Shown: positions 50,914 to 63,566 of the stretch, in pieces
Layout of the letters: the number at the start of each line of letters is the position of its first letter
Numbering within the stretch: position 1 is the stretch's first letter
NCBI RefSeq assembly: GCF_001194135.2
Contig: NC_068985.1
Location: 30,890,829-30,954,828 of the forward strand
Length of the DNA stretch: 64,000 nucleotides
Source of the DNA: Octopus bimaculoides
Lineage: Eukaryota
Reading direction: 5' to 3'
Translations under genes and position numbers: made by a program
Notes under the pieces: model-generated
Databases searched by the model: none
The model's input: only the letters and a program-made list of their open reading frames with translations
Told to the model about the DNA's origin: nothing

Positions 50914-51696
50914 ATGTATTTTACCTTCTCCAGACAAGGTAAAGCAAAGACAACACAAGTGGAACAAGCCAAAATGCTACCATCTTGCCTGTCTTTGCTA
51001 TCTGTTTTAACTCATGTATTGTTAATTTATACAAGCTGCTTATCCTATACAAGACTGGATTTTTTGTTTTTTTTGTTTTTGATGGGTGGGTGGGAAAGGA
51101 TATAGACAGCCAAACAATTTCTCTCTTTGTTCCTTTCCTTATTTCATAATTCATGTATATTTCCTTATTCTGAAACCCCTCCCCACCCTATTACACTATC
51201 CTTTCCTTTTGTAACCATTCCTGTAAGCTATTAGGGAAGTATAGCAAATACATAGGTGTGTGTGCAGTTCTAATATATTATATTTAGAAATAGATTCCAT
51301 TGTTTAATAAAATAAATAATTCTGTCATCCATGGTTGAAAAACAATAGCCAAATCAGTCTTTTATTTTTATTAAAGCCTTGGGATAGGTCAGTGAGTCAA
51401 TTGTATAGATTTGTGACTTCATGAGTTGAAGTTTGACGTCTATGAAAATTAATTGCACCAATCCTTAAGCACTAAAATAAAATAGGAAGTATCTATTAAT
51501 ATTTTGAGATAATTGGTGTGGATGAGAGGAAAACAAGTATAAAAATCACAATGGGAAAATATATTTGGAAAATAATGTCTATTTTTTATCTGATTTAAAA
51601 AATTTTAACATTTTAAAATTTTCTTTAACAATTGGTTAAAGTTTCAATGTCACTTTCTGTTTTTTGTTCTTTTTATTTATTTATTTTTTTAACTAG

Positions 51697-51966
51697 CATC
51701 AGGCAATGAACACAAATGTGAAGGATTTTCATTCCGCTGCACAAATGGTATGTGTATTCACATGTCATGGACTTGTGATGGTGAGAATGACTGCAATGAT
51801 AATTCTGATGAAGAAAATTGTCCAACGATTGAAAAATGTGGAGAAGGCATGTTTCACTGCTTACAATCCCCTGGTTGCATTCCACAAAGCTCTATTTGCA
51901 ATGGTATCAATGAATGCATTGATCATTCAGATGAAAGGGATTGTTACTACAACCACTCAACTAACG
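51697..51966 (+). CDS. SORL1: SORL1 exon, CR repeats 8 and 9
   Basis: aactag / gtcagt, phase 1-1; two 6-Cys modules (ORF 51750..51995). Confidence 0.94.
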
Positions 51967-53040
51967 GTCAGTATTTTACATCATGGCTATTTTGAGGGAG
52001 ACAACTGATTTGTCTGAACTTCTAGAAATTGTCATATTAATAGAGAACAGCTAGATCTTGATATGGTCTTGTCTGTCCTTCTAGATTAAATGCAAGAGAA
52101 AAAGTTTCAAGATGATTAGCTTCACAGGTATCAAGGAAAATATATCCTAATATGAAGCAACATTACAATTAATCATTATTTGTTTGGAATATTGAGAATG
52201 AAATTGGCAGAGTTGGGGAAGATAATGAAATGATAAAGAATAGGAACATTCTTTATTATTTAAGAGTTAGCCATTTGTGACCTGTCTAAATATGTTAAAT
52301 TGAGAACATTTCTGGAAAGTAGGATCCATGTTTAGTTACAGTAAAAGAAACTTAAAATTCACAACATTCAACAATATTTTGTTGTAACTGACAGCTCCTT
52401 TTTTTTTTTCTAAATCCCCCCCCCCCCCCCAGGCCACTTGGATCTTATTCAAACTTCCTGCTTTAAAGTAATCTAAATTAAAACCTTCTATCAAGATTTC
52501 TTATTAATCTATGTTCCAAACACAAAATTAGTACTGACAAAATTATTTTACTAAATTTTTCATTATTTTCAAAATTAATTGAAACAAAGTTAATGTATTT
52601 CAGTAGAAATATGGTAACAAAAGAGGGTAGAAGATTAGTTTTAGAGAGAGACTTGAACTATTTTTTTATGCCAACATAAGCCAGAGTTGGAATGGATTAT
52701 ATTTAAGGACACCTTCACTGATGTTAGTAATATAACAACAGTTGCCTGTATAATTATTATTTGAACAATTTTATCTAGATTGTTCATGTAGATAAAATAC
52801 TATAAGGACAAATACAGAGTTGATACCTTTTATTTTCTCTCATGATTTCTGTATATCAAAGCCACTTTGTTGTTAAGTGAAAATTTGTTTAAAAAGTAGA
52901 AAAAATAAATCAAATGTATTTCATTTTACTAAGATAAAAATGTATTATTAAATATGTTGAAGAAAAATCAGTCTATTGAATAGCTTTGTCCTCCTTAGCT
53001 ATGATCTCCAAACTACTACATTCCTTGTTTTGATTTTCAG

Positions 53041-53184
53041 GATTTAACAAGCCTCCAAAGAAATGTGCTGACTATGAGTTCTTATGTGAACCTGATAGTG
53101 ACAGGTGTTTACCTTACTGGAAAGCATGTGACAGTCATATTGATTGTCTTAATGGCCGGGATGAAGAATTTGGAATGTGTAAAG
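53041..53184 (+). CDS. SORL1: SORL1 exon, CR repeat 10
   Basis: tttcag / gttagt, phase 1-1; CADYEFLCEPDSDRCLPYWKACDSHIDCLNGRDEEFGMC. Confidence 0.92.
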
Positions 53185-53755
53185 GTTAGTGCCATTGTAT
53201 ATGATGAATGCATAAACTTCAATGGTTATTATATGGTAGTTGTGTAAATGAAGCTAGTGTTAATATGGATCTTTTATCTTTTACTTGTTTCAGTCATTAG
53301 ACTGTAACCATGCTGAGGCACTGCCATGGAGAATTTCTTTGAAGTCAAATGAATTGATCCCAATACTTATTTTGTTTTTAAAGCCTGATATTTATTCTAT
53401 CAGCATTGTGTATCTAGGGCGACTACATTATCCAATGTGCCCCCCCCCCAAAAAAAAAACTTTAAAAAATAAGTAGGATATGATTTTAAGAAAATTTGGC
53501 TGCTATTTCTAGCAGGTTGAATAATCATAGAAAGTCTCTGTTGTTAAATCTCTCAAGATGGGTTTTCAGTTGTTGAAAACTTATGTAGAGAAAGAAATCT
53601 GTGCACAACCTCAACATTTTAAAAACTTTTATCTAGGTTAATTTCGTAGACAATTCTACAGTTAATTATTCTTATCTGAAGTCCTTGTTCTCTGCCATCT
53701 TTTCTGTGCAACCATTGCTTACAGTGAATGTACAGTATTCAGTTTTCATCTGCAT

Positions 53756-53962
53756 AGTGGCTTCAAATTTTGGCACAAGGCTAGCAATTTTAGGTTTGGG
53801 AGATAGTTGATTACATTGACCCCAGTACTCATTTTATCAACTTGGAAAGAATGAAAGCAAAGTCAGTTTCAGTGGAATTTTAACTCAGAACATGAAGAGC
53901 TGAAAGAAATACCACTAAACATTTTATCGAATGTGCTAAAGATTCTGCCTGCTCACTGCCTT
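53756..53962 (-). mobile_element. tRNA-derived SINE copy
   Basis: Match to the 5173/10871/42413 family. Confidence 0.7.
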
Positions 53963-54126
53963 TCACTTACAATTTGATTTATGTTCCTTGTCAAATGGCA
54001 CAAGGATTTTGTCTTTTTCAGTTTCTAATTAGACTTTAGGACCTATTAGAGCAAAAAGATTATCTTCATTTGCTTTTTATGTGAAATTCTTGTTTAATAT
54101 GAAAAAAATTTTTTTTTTTTTTCAAG

Positions 54127-54241
54127 AGGAACTGCGTGTGCCTAATCTGTGGTATACCAAAGTGACCAGCAACAGTGTTTTACTTTCATGGGAAGCAACC
54201 AAACATTTCTCCAGCAATATATCCTATATGCCAAGTATTGT
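54127..54241 (+). CDS. SORL1: SORL1 exon, fibronectin type III repeat 1 (5' part)
   Basis: ttcaag / gtaagt, phase 1-2; LRVPNLWYTKVTSNSVLLSW. Confidence 0.88.
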
Positions 54242-54974
54242 GTAAGTTGAAATTTAACCTCTTAACGTACACATTTTTTTTTTCCAATTTCCATGCAAAA
54301 AATTTTTTATTTTTTTATTTTGAATTTATATATAAGGAACAATAAGTACACAAATTATTTTGGATTAGTTATGATTTATTATAAAATTAGTGATAGAAAG
54401 GATAGTTACTGATAGTTAATGATAGAAAACAGGAATAACATCATGAACAAAGTATTTCGGGTTAGAAATAAGTGACAGATATCTCAGAGTACAGTAAACA
54501 TATATTTTTGTTCAAATATATATTTACTAGACATTGCTGAACAAAAATATATGGGATATGTTAAGAGGGTAATGGAATTATCATGAACTTCCATCTTCCC
54601 TATTCTTTTTCTCTTTTGTGCATTTATGTGTATATATCATTTGTTCATTTGTTTTTATACTTATCTTTTTCCTCATGCTCGTATGAGTTAGGTGAATACA
54701 TATCATTGAAGAACTGTTTTACATTCAAATGCCCTTACCTGTTTTTCAAATAAAGGATTTTTTTGTTCCAGTCTCTTTGAAAGTGTAGAATGAGGGGTTG
54801 ATTTGTTGACTTTTCATGAGAAGCACAGAATATAAACTCACAAAGACACATGCACATACACCTATACTCCCCTCACATACATACATACAACAGTCTTCTG
54901 TACAGTTCTTGTCTCCCAAATTCACACTCACAAGGTATTGGTTGGTTCAATGCTTTAATAGGATATACTTGCAC

Positions 54975-55385
54975 AGAGCCACACTTTCACTTTCTCTCCT
55001 TCAAATTGGGTGTCAGCTGCCAAGTTATCCACAGTGCATACACTTCCCAATGTCCAGATTCTTCCCCCATCTTCTGTAGTATATTGTGACCACAGTCAGT
55101 TGTGCAGCAAACTCATACTGTGACTCGTTTGTCCACATGAATAAATATGTCTACTCACTGGAAATTCATGTCAGTGGTCACAGATGATCATTTCCCACTA
55201 CATGGTTTGTCTTCTTGCTGGTTTCATCTTGTTTAAACTTCATCAATCTGTGCATGTCAGTGGCATAAATTCCATACACAACCTTTAGTCTTCTGTGGAT
55301 GTTGGACAGCCTGCATGCCATTTTTGACAAAAACTGAATAAGTGAATGTTGCTTCTGCTTGGAACCCATTATTTGCCTGCAATTA
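54975..55385 (-). mobile_element. Degenerate mariner transposase N-terminal fragment
   Basis: MGSKQKQHSLIQFL...IHRRLKVVYG and VYALWITWQLTPNLKER (cf. VCARWVPRQLT). Confidence 0.6.
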
Positions 55386-56483
55386 AGAAGAACAGGAAGA
55401 AGAGTCATGAAAGAAAATGAATTACTTTGCTGACATATGCAATTTGAACAAATTTTGTGGTTAAAAATTCAAGTTATACCTGCTTTTGATTTATTTCTGG
55501 TACAACCCTCATATTTAAGTGTACATTGAGTGCTGTTGCTGATGCCACATAAAAAAGCACCAGTGTTGGTGCCATGTAATAAGCACCAGTGCTGGTGCCA
55601 CTTAAACAGTACCCAGTACACTCTGTGAAGTGGTTAGCATTAGGAAGGGCATCCAGCTGTAGAAACCATGCCAAAACAGATAATGGAGCTTACTACAGCT
55701 ACCAGCCTTGCCAGTTCCTGTCAAACTGTCCAACCCATGTCAGAATGGAAAACAAATGTTAAATGATGATGATGAGTATCATGTATTCAGTATGAGCAAT
55801 GGACGCACAGATAAAATAGTCAGTCCTAATACATTACAAGGACTGCAGATAGGCATAATTAACAGTAGAAATGCCTCCGAATTGAAGCCTATAAAAGATT
55901 AAAAAACAAGTGTGCTACAGAATAATATTTGATAATATCTGCTCTACCTTTATCAGCACAAATCATGTACCCACACACCTACCAGTCCATGCATATACAC
56001 ACACACACACACACATCTAGCAAGTATGAATTGGTTGTATATACCATGATTTCACTAATTGTTTTAGGTGTCTCTGTAGTCACAAGCAGACATAGGCACC
56101 TACTCACTACTTCCATTCATGACCCAGCAAGACATCCAGGATGTGACAACCAGAAGGGAAAGAGAGCCACACTAGTTAGTACTCAGCTGGCACTCATTTC
56201 AGCTAAGTAGACTAGAGTAATACAAAATGCAGTGTCTTGCTCAAGGACACAATATGCTGCCCCTACAAGAATCAAATCCACGGTCTTCTTATATTAAACC
56301 CAACACCCTAACCACTTGCTTATGTGCCTTCAACTCTAAATGTATAAGGTGAATGCATGGCTGGGAATTTGTGTGTGTTTGCGCATATGTGCGTGTTTCT
56401 TTGCTGTTGATTGGAAAAGAGTAAATATGAACATAATGTTATATGTGTTGTATAACTACATCTATGATTGTATCTTTCTGCAG

Positions 56484-56662
56484 AGAAGTGCCATCATATA
56501 CATGGCTGAACCGCAGCATCACCAGGAAAACCACCTACAACTTTACCAACCTAAAACCAGCAACTATCTACTATTTGTTTGTATCTGTGAAGGTCTCCAA
56601 TGCCACCGGTAGCCGTATCTACAGCCCTGTGCATTTTGTTTCAGTGAAGACAAATGATGGCA
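56484..56662 (+). CDS. SORL1: SORL1 exon, FN3 repeat 1 (3' part)
   Basis: ctgcag / gtaagc, phase 2-1; YNFTNLKPATIYYLFVSV (FN3 tyrosine-corner motif). Confidence 0.9.
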
Positions 56663-57552
56663 GTAAGCATTCTTCAATGTTGTTGTTGTAGTCATTGTTT
56701 AGCTTCAAATTAGACCTGATTGAGGAGAACTATGATGAAAGGCTTTCCAGCTATGTCCATCTCATCTTTTATTCACACATAGTATATCCAATACTTCATT
56801 ATCTAAAGTATCCCTTTGTCTTTTTTAATATGGTCAGATGTGATTTGAGGGAGACCCAACCACCATTTCCAGCAAGTTGAGCAGCCTCATAGAGGCTCTC
56901 TCTTTGGTTGATATTATTGTTGCTGCTGCTCTTGTTGTTGTTATTGTTTTATTATGTCAAGAACTACATTCAGTGTCCTTTTTTAAGCCTGGAAGCTATG
57001 ATTTGTTGATATCAATTGAACTTGATACTAGTATATGATTAACTTTTTCTCCTGTGCACATTTTGGGGCATCATTAGTCAAATATGATTAACTTGATCCC
57101 AATATTTTATTTCTGAAGAGAAAAAAAATTTGATTTTAATTAAGAAATATGAAACTCCTTAAGCTATACCATAGAGCCTCTTGGATATTTCTTTATCACT
57201 TATTTAAGCTACCTTGTACTTAGAGAGCTAATATTTAATAAGACTGTTGTGTTGGCCAAGGGCTAACATTAAAATTACCTCTATGATATATGCACAGACT
57301 GCAGAAAGTATATTCTGGACATAGGGCACAAGACCTATGACATACGAAAAGTGGAAATTGAGGTTTTTTTCTTGTGGACATAAGCAGCATAACTGAATTT
57401 ATATGATAAGAAGTGAATTGATTTCAATTGGGAATTGAAACTAAGCTATAGAATCAGCTTCATATATTTTAACCTGTACTCCATGGTTGAAAATTAATTA
57501 ATAATATAAGATTCTATCTTAGAATGTCTAATATTTTTCCTTTGTTTTGCAG

Positions 57553-57659
57553 TTCCTAGCAAACCTGTGCACTGTTCTGTCCACCAAGACGGAAATGGAG
57601 GTCTCATTGCCAGTTGGAAGAAACCAAATTATCCAAGAGGAAAGCTTATTTACTATCTA
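57553..57659 (+). CDS. SORL1: SORL1 exon, FN3 repeat 2 (5' part)
   Basis: ttgcag / gtgagt, phase 1-0; PSKP...LIASWKKPNYPRGKLIYY. Confidence 0.88.
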
Positions 57660-58139
57660 GTGAGTATGAAATTGCTTTGTAATTGAGGTGCAATTTTCCT
57701 CTCTAATAGTACTGATAACATTAGCATGAGTGTATAGTTAAAAACATTTCACTGATTAATTTCTACTTTATCATTGTATCTGAAGAAAAGAAACATTGTC
57801 TCTACTTTAAGAGGGAGGAGAGAGATGGGTAAAATTGGTGCGATTACTTTGAATAATTGAAGTTTAATGTAAAGTCTGAAACACATGAATAGAAATATAG
57901 AATCAAAGATTTTGTAATTCTTAGAATGAATGATTGCAACTATAAGTTACTGTCAGTGTTTTACTGAGAAGAGTGTACAGTTGATGTGAGGCAGATAGAT
58001 AACCATTGTTGGTCTTCTTGAGTAGAGACAAAATGCAGCCAGTCAGTTCTTAGAATGAGCAAAATAAAAATTATAAATAAGTTGGAGAATTATAATTTTC
58101 AGTAGGAAGGTTTATCAATCAAGCCTTTGACTGCCTTTA

Positions 58140-58400
58140 AATTAATACTATGATGTTTGATGGTAGATCTGCAAACAGCTCTCTATAGTCTAAGCATAAT
58201 TGAGCATTTCAAAGCAAACAGTCACTCAGTAATGCAACATTTCTTGGCTATTTATTGAAACAAAAAGCTTTAATATGGTTTGCAAAATAAAATTGTAATA
58301 GAACGAATGAGGTGTATTGTGAAAGAATATCATTGATGAAAAGTACAAAGAGAGATGATATGTCACTCTGGGGCATTTCAATGATGATCTGAATTAGAAT
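58140..58400 (-). mobile_element. Old LINE RT core relic
   Basis: EMPQSDISSLFVLFINDI and LFAD (cf. GVPQGSILSPLLFILFINDL...LFADD). Confidence 0.5.
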
Positions 58401-58457
58401 AATTACTAGAATAACAGTGCAACATGGCTTATGAAGAAACAAATGAATATTTGGCTA

Positions 58458-58690
58458 AGTGCAGGCATGGCTAGGCACAGGTATGGTTAGGCACAGGTAT
58501 GGCTAGGCACAGGCATGGTTGTGTGGTAAAAAGCTTGCTTCTAACCACATGGTTCCAAGTTCAGTCTCACTATGTGGCACCTTGAGCAAGTGTCTTCTAC
58601 TATAGCCTCAGGCTGACCAAAGCCTTGTGGGTGGATTTGGTAAACAGAAACTGAAAGAAGCCGATCAAATATATGTATATATATATATAT
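58458..58690 (+). mobile_element. tRNA-derived SINE with quadruplicated 16-bp 5' end
   Basis: 4 x ggcacaggYatggYta then tgtggtaaaaagcttgc...gttcagtctcac...ttgagcaagtgtcttctactatagcc. Confidence 0.8.
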
Positions 58691-58698
58691 TTTTTTTT

Positions 58699-58812
58699 AT
58701 TTGTGTGCCCTTTTCAAGCCTAGCCAGGCTCATGGACCTGGTTTCCCGGTTTCTATGGTGTATGTGTTCCTCCCCACCAGCTGGATGGGACGCCAGTCCA
58801 TCGCAGCGTTAT
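58699..58812 (-). mobile_element. SINE 3' half (same family as 61853-62118)
   Basis: Reverse complement of about 62005-62105. Confidence 0.8.
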
Positions 58813-58862
58813 TCAAGAAACAGGAAGATAGAGTGAGAGAAAGTTGGGGCAAAAGAGTACAC

Positions 58863-59670
58863 AAGAAACTAACTTTTGTATGTGGAAGGTGCACAGGCAT
58901 AATAAATACTGAACATGTGCAGAAAATAGACTCCATCAACTGCTAGGGGGACAAGCTAGAGGTAGTAGATAGCTTCCGGTATCTAGGCAACCAGGTTAGT
59001 AGTAGAGGTGGATGTTTGGAGAGCATAGCTGTGAAAATAAGATTAGGTTGGGCAAAGTTCAGAGAGCTACTACCTTTGCTGGCAACAAAGGACCTCTCTC
59101 TCAAGTGAAAGGCAGATTGTTTGATGCCTGCAGCTATGCTACATGGCAGTGAAACATGGGCTATAACAGCCAAGGACATGAGTAGGCTTGAGAGAAATGA
59201 AGGCAGTATGCTTTGCTGGATGTGCAACGACAGTGTGCATGTTCAACAGTGTAAGCATCTTGAGAGAAAAGTTGGGCATACAAGGCATCAAATGTGGTGT
59301 ACAAGAGAGACAACTACGCTGGTATGGTCATGTGATGCATATGGACAAGGATAGCTGTGTAAAGAAGTGCCAATCTCTAACTGTGGAGGGAACCTGTGGT
59401 AGAGGTAGACCCAGGAAGACATGGGTCAAGGTGGTGAAGCATGATCTTTGAACGTTGAACTTCACAAAGGCAATGAATAGTAACCGAGACCTTTGGTGAT
59501 ATGTTGTGCTTAAGAGGACCCATCAAGCCAAGTGCACCTATACTGGTGGCACATAAAGAGCACCTTTTGAATGTTGGGCCTGACAGAGGCAAAGTGGCTG
59601 AGTTCCTTTCGAGCATTGGGCCTCACGGAGGCAATGACCAAGACCTTTGGCATTATGTCATGCTTGAGAA
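58863..59670 (+). mobile_element. RTE-clade LINE 3' fragment
   Basis: FVCGRCTG...MLHGSETW...RQLRWYGHVM...GRGRPRKTW, multiple frameshifts. Confidence 0.88.
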
Positions 59671-59842
59671 GAAGACTCACTTGTTGGTTCATATCTGCAC
59701 ATTTAAAATCCAGTGTTCATCATCCATTTGCATAAAACATCTATGTTGAAGTTCTTGACTCTTTGCACACATTAACAAACTCCTTCAAAATTGCAGCATC
59801 AGTTTTTCATTATTCCTCCAATCTTGCCATTTTCTTTTGCAG

Positions 59843-59968
59843 GTTACCATTGAAGACACAAGCATTGGGAACCAATACAGTATTGGTGTCAAAGACACTA
59901 GTCAATCAAACTATTCAGTAACCCTGACTTCTCAGCCCTTAATAAAGAATCACACTTTTATCATAAAG
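59843..59968 (+). CDS. SORL1: SORL1 exon, FN3 repeat 2 (middle)
   Basis: ttgcag / gtaagc, phase 0-0, open 42 codons (VTIEDTS...NHTFIIK); weaker motif support. Confidence 0.8.
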
Positions 59969-61014
59969 GTAAGCCTGCTTTTTTAATTCGTCCTTCATAA
60001 CTAATGGCTGTGAGCTTGTCCATCTCTTCTGTCTCTTTTTTCCTTCTTTATGATTTCACTACATTAAATATTGTTTAAACATTGCAAAGTGTAAGAACTT
60101 TGAATTTTTAAAGAAAATATAATATATGTAACATAGAAGTGAAAAGACTGTTTGAATAAGATATTGAATAGATAACTAAAAACCTGTGCTCAAATCCATT
60201 ATGTATGTATCATTATCATCATCGTTTAACGTCCGCTTTCCATGTTGTAACTATAACTTTGCTTATCTTTGTCTGCCTGTCTGCCCCCTCTCTCTCCCCC
60301 TCTCCCTACTGTGGACTATTTCTTCCATCAATTTAGATGGGAATATCAAAATTTACAAAAAGCACCCTACACACTTGCACTTAAGAGGATGGGGCTCTCC
60401 AGACTTCAGTCAAACCGTCTAACCCATGCCAGCATGGAAAACGGATGTTAAACAATGATGATGATTATTTCATTTAATTTTCATTTTACCCTATCTCTTA
60501 CTAATTTCTACTTCTTTCTTGCGTTTGACTTCATTCTTCATTTTTATGAACTCATCATCTTCTTCCTTCAAGTTGAGACTCAGTAAAAAGAAAAAAAGCA
60601 ACACTTAAGTATTATTTATATTTGACAACCTGACAGGTTCATAAGAGAAATTGTGTAGAAGCCCATCCAATAGTCAGTACCTGTAATTAAAAGGACAAAC
60701 TCTAATTTACTTCCTCAATAGCTACCCCCTATCATTGCTTGTATAGTTAACTTGCCCAAAATGAACCTGAATCACTTATTCTAATTCTCACCATCTTATG
60801 GGACACATATCAATCACTTCACACTCTTCTTGTTTCCTTCAATCTCCATATTATCTTCAGTCTATTACTTTCTTACCTTTTTCTATCACATTTCTTTCCT
60901 CTCTCTCATAATTCTTCTCTCTTTCTTTCTCTCTCATCCCTTTCTATTCTTGTCTCTTTTCCTGTAAATTTCATTCTCTTTATATGCATGTACATTTTTG
61001 TATTTCTGTATTAG

Positions 61015-61240
61015 ATTCTTGCTGCAACCAGTTCGGGTGATGGTGTAGCCTGTGAAAACAATGTAACTTATGACAGAGATGGAGTGATTAGTCCAGTTAC
61101 AGGACTCACAAAGAAGTCTGAAAATTATCAAGTAACTCTTTCTTGGAATCGGGTACTTAAGGCAAAATCTTACAAAGTCATATACCTCGATATATGGAAT
61201 GCTGAACACCGCATTGATGTTCAGAAGGAAACTGTAACTA
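61015..61240 (+). CDS. SORL1: SORL1 exon, FN3 repeat 2 end / repeat 3 start
   Basis: tattag / gtaagt, phase 0-1; ILAATSSGDG...VTLSWNRV...YKVIY. Confidence 0.88.
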
Positions 61241-61852
61241 GTAAGTGAAATAATAATTTTTTTTTTAAATACCTCTTATACTGCTAAAGCTCCCCAGCTT
61301 ACCAGTTTTCAGTCACACCAACCATCCCATGCTGGCATGGGAAACAGCCATTAAATGATGATGATGATGAATATGACTACCACCACCACCACCACCACCT
61401 CTTATACTGCTAAGCTGAAGCAAAGTAACTAAGTGGTTTAAATTTTGAAGTATCAGTCTTTAGATTGAAATCTAAAAATAGGTGGGTTTTTTTGTATTGT
61501 TATTGGTTTAGTGCCAGACTAGCCTTGATTCAGCAGACATATGGTGAAAGGTGTTCAAACCTTGATCAATTTATTTTTTAAGGCTTAATAAATCTAGAAC
61601 TAAGCTATCTTGGATAACGCATATCCCCTATTTTTAAGTCTGTTGAAGATATCTTTTTATCTTGCACTCATTTATCATTGCACTGTGACTAAAATGGGCA
61701 TTGCATTGAAGAGTTTACTCAAACAATCAACCTCTGTACTTATGGGGGTTTTTTTTAAAGTCTGGTACGTATTCTATCGGTCACCTTTCTCCAAACTGCT
61801 AAGTTATAGGGTCGTAAACAAGCCAACATTAGTTGTCAAGTGGTATGGGGTG

Positions 61853-62118
61853 AAAGTGGAGGCATGTGGCTTAGTGGTTAGGGTGTCAGCATCATGATCG
61901 TAAGATTGTGGTTTCGATTCCTGGACTGAGCGACGCGTTGTGTTCTTGAGCAAAACACTTCATTTCACGTTGCTCCAGTCCACTCAGCTGGCAAAAATGA
62001 GTAACACTGCGATGGATCTGCGTCCCATCCAGCTGGGGAACACATACGCCATTGAAACCGGGAAACCTGGCCCATGAGCCAGGCTAGGCTTTAAAAGGGC
62101 GCATTTATTATTTTATTT
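61853..62118 (+). mobile_element. Full-length tRNA-derived SINE nested in an older SINE, 9-bp TSD
   Basis: A box tggcttagtgg, B box ggtttcgattcc, core ttgagcaaaacact...ttgctccagtccactcagctg; TSD tatggggtg at 61844-52 and 62119-27. Confidence 0.88.
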
Positions 62119-63467
62119 TATGGGGTGGCAAACACAAACATAGACATAAAGACACATACATACAGACACTTTGCATTACATTGCTTTATAATTGATTGCT
62201 ATGTGGACTGATAGCCAAATCCGTATGAAGTACTTACTGTGATAGCCACATGATTCTCTGAATCCATATCTTATACTACTCATATGAACCGCTGAAATCT
62301 CCAAGTTTTTTTTCGTTCCCTCTCTGTTTTATTTCTCTTACTCCTTTCTGTTGAAGAGCTTAGGCTCAAAACATAAAAAAACTTATCTTTGCAAGCCTAG
62401 TACTTATTCTATCAGTCTATTTTGCCGAACTGCTAAGTTACAGGGATCTAAACACACAGGCTTATTTTCAGTTTCCGTCTACCAAATCCACTAACAAGGC
62501 TTTGATCGGCCCAAGGCTATAGTAGAAGACACTTGCCCAAGGTGCCACACACTGGGACTGAACCTGGAACCATGTAGTTCTTCCCACACAGCCACACTTG
62601 CACCTATACATATATTTTTTTTTTCATTATAATTTCAATTATAGATTTTTAAAAACTGAATACTAAATGTGAAGTGAACCTATTTTGTGAAAAAATGCTA
62701 AATTTTCTTTTTCATTCTACCACTTTGGATTTAACAATTTGTATTATATACCTCTTAATTCCTGTGTTGCTAACAGAGTAGTGTAAAAGACTGTGTTTGG
62801 TTCTGGTATCTGTTCATCTTTAGTTCATAAATAAGTGAAATATCATTGTTCATTATCGTTTTAATGTCCACTTTTCCATGCTTGCATGGGACGGATGGAA
62901 TTTTTGTTTTTAGGTAAATTTTCAATGGCTAGATTCCCATTCTGTTGTCATTCCTTACCGGTTTCTAAGCAAGGTAATATTTTCCTATGACCAAAGATAT
63001 TTCCATGCAATATTGAAAATAAAGGACATTCATTTACAATCATGTGCTGTCAAGACCAGGAGACGCAAACACAGCAGACACACACTCACACATAAAACGT
63101 GTCCTTCAGTTTCTGTTTACCAAATCCACTCACAAGGCTTTGGTTACCCCGAGAACTATGGTAGAAGACACTTCCTCAAAGTACCATGCAGTGGGACTGA
63201 ACCTGAAACCATGGGTTTGGGATACAAGCTTCTTAACCACATATATTATTTTTCATAATTATTGTTATTTGAATTTAATGTTTTAAAACAATATTTTTCA
63301 TTTTCTCTTTGTCAGTTGTTTTATTTATTATATGAAATCTAAAAAAGGTTGGGAACCCTTGTTCTAATCACCCCTTGAATGTTTTTGATTAAGCGCTTGG
63401 CTCTGCTGGATATAAATTTTATCTGTTTATTCTTATGTTTTCTAATGATCTTACCTGTTTGTTTCAG

Positions 63468-63566
63468 TTAATAACTTGGCTCCTGGCTGTAGTTATTTGA
63501 TCCGGATCCAGGGTTACAATGATATATCAGCTGGTCCCCCTGTAGAGATATCTGTTCACACAAAAG
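63468..63566 (+). CDS. SORL1: SORL1 exon, FN3 repeat 3 end
   Basis: tttcag / gtacag, phase 1-1; NNLAPGCSYLIRIQGYNDISAGPP. Confidence 0.9.

Larger units (their letters stand above)
352..63566 (+). other. SORL1: Partial multi-exon gene span: sortilin-related receptor (SorLA/LR11) orthologue, 31 exons in window, 5' and 3' ends outside
   Basis: 31 AG/GT-bounded exons with matching phases give one 4735-nt open frame. The domain order VPS10P-10CC-YWTD-EGF-CRx10-FN3 is diagnostic of SORL1. Motifs such as YYIADASEDQVFVCV, ITFNKGGTW, SAPGLIIA, GDHGG and [11 protein letters not shown] match SORL1 as I recall it. Confidence 0.96.

Noticed and set aside
61857-61930. Possible tRNA gene
   Set aside because: Has A/B boxes but no convincing cloverleaf; continues into a SINE body and is flanked by a TSD
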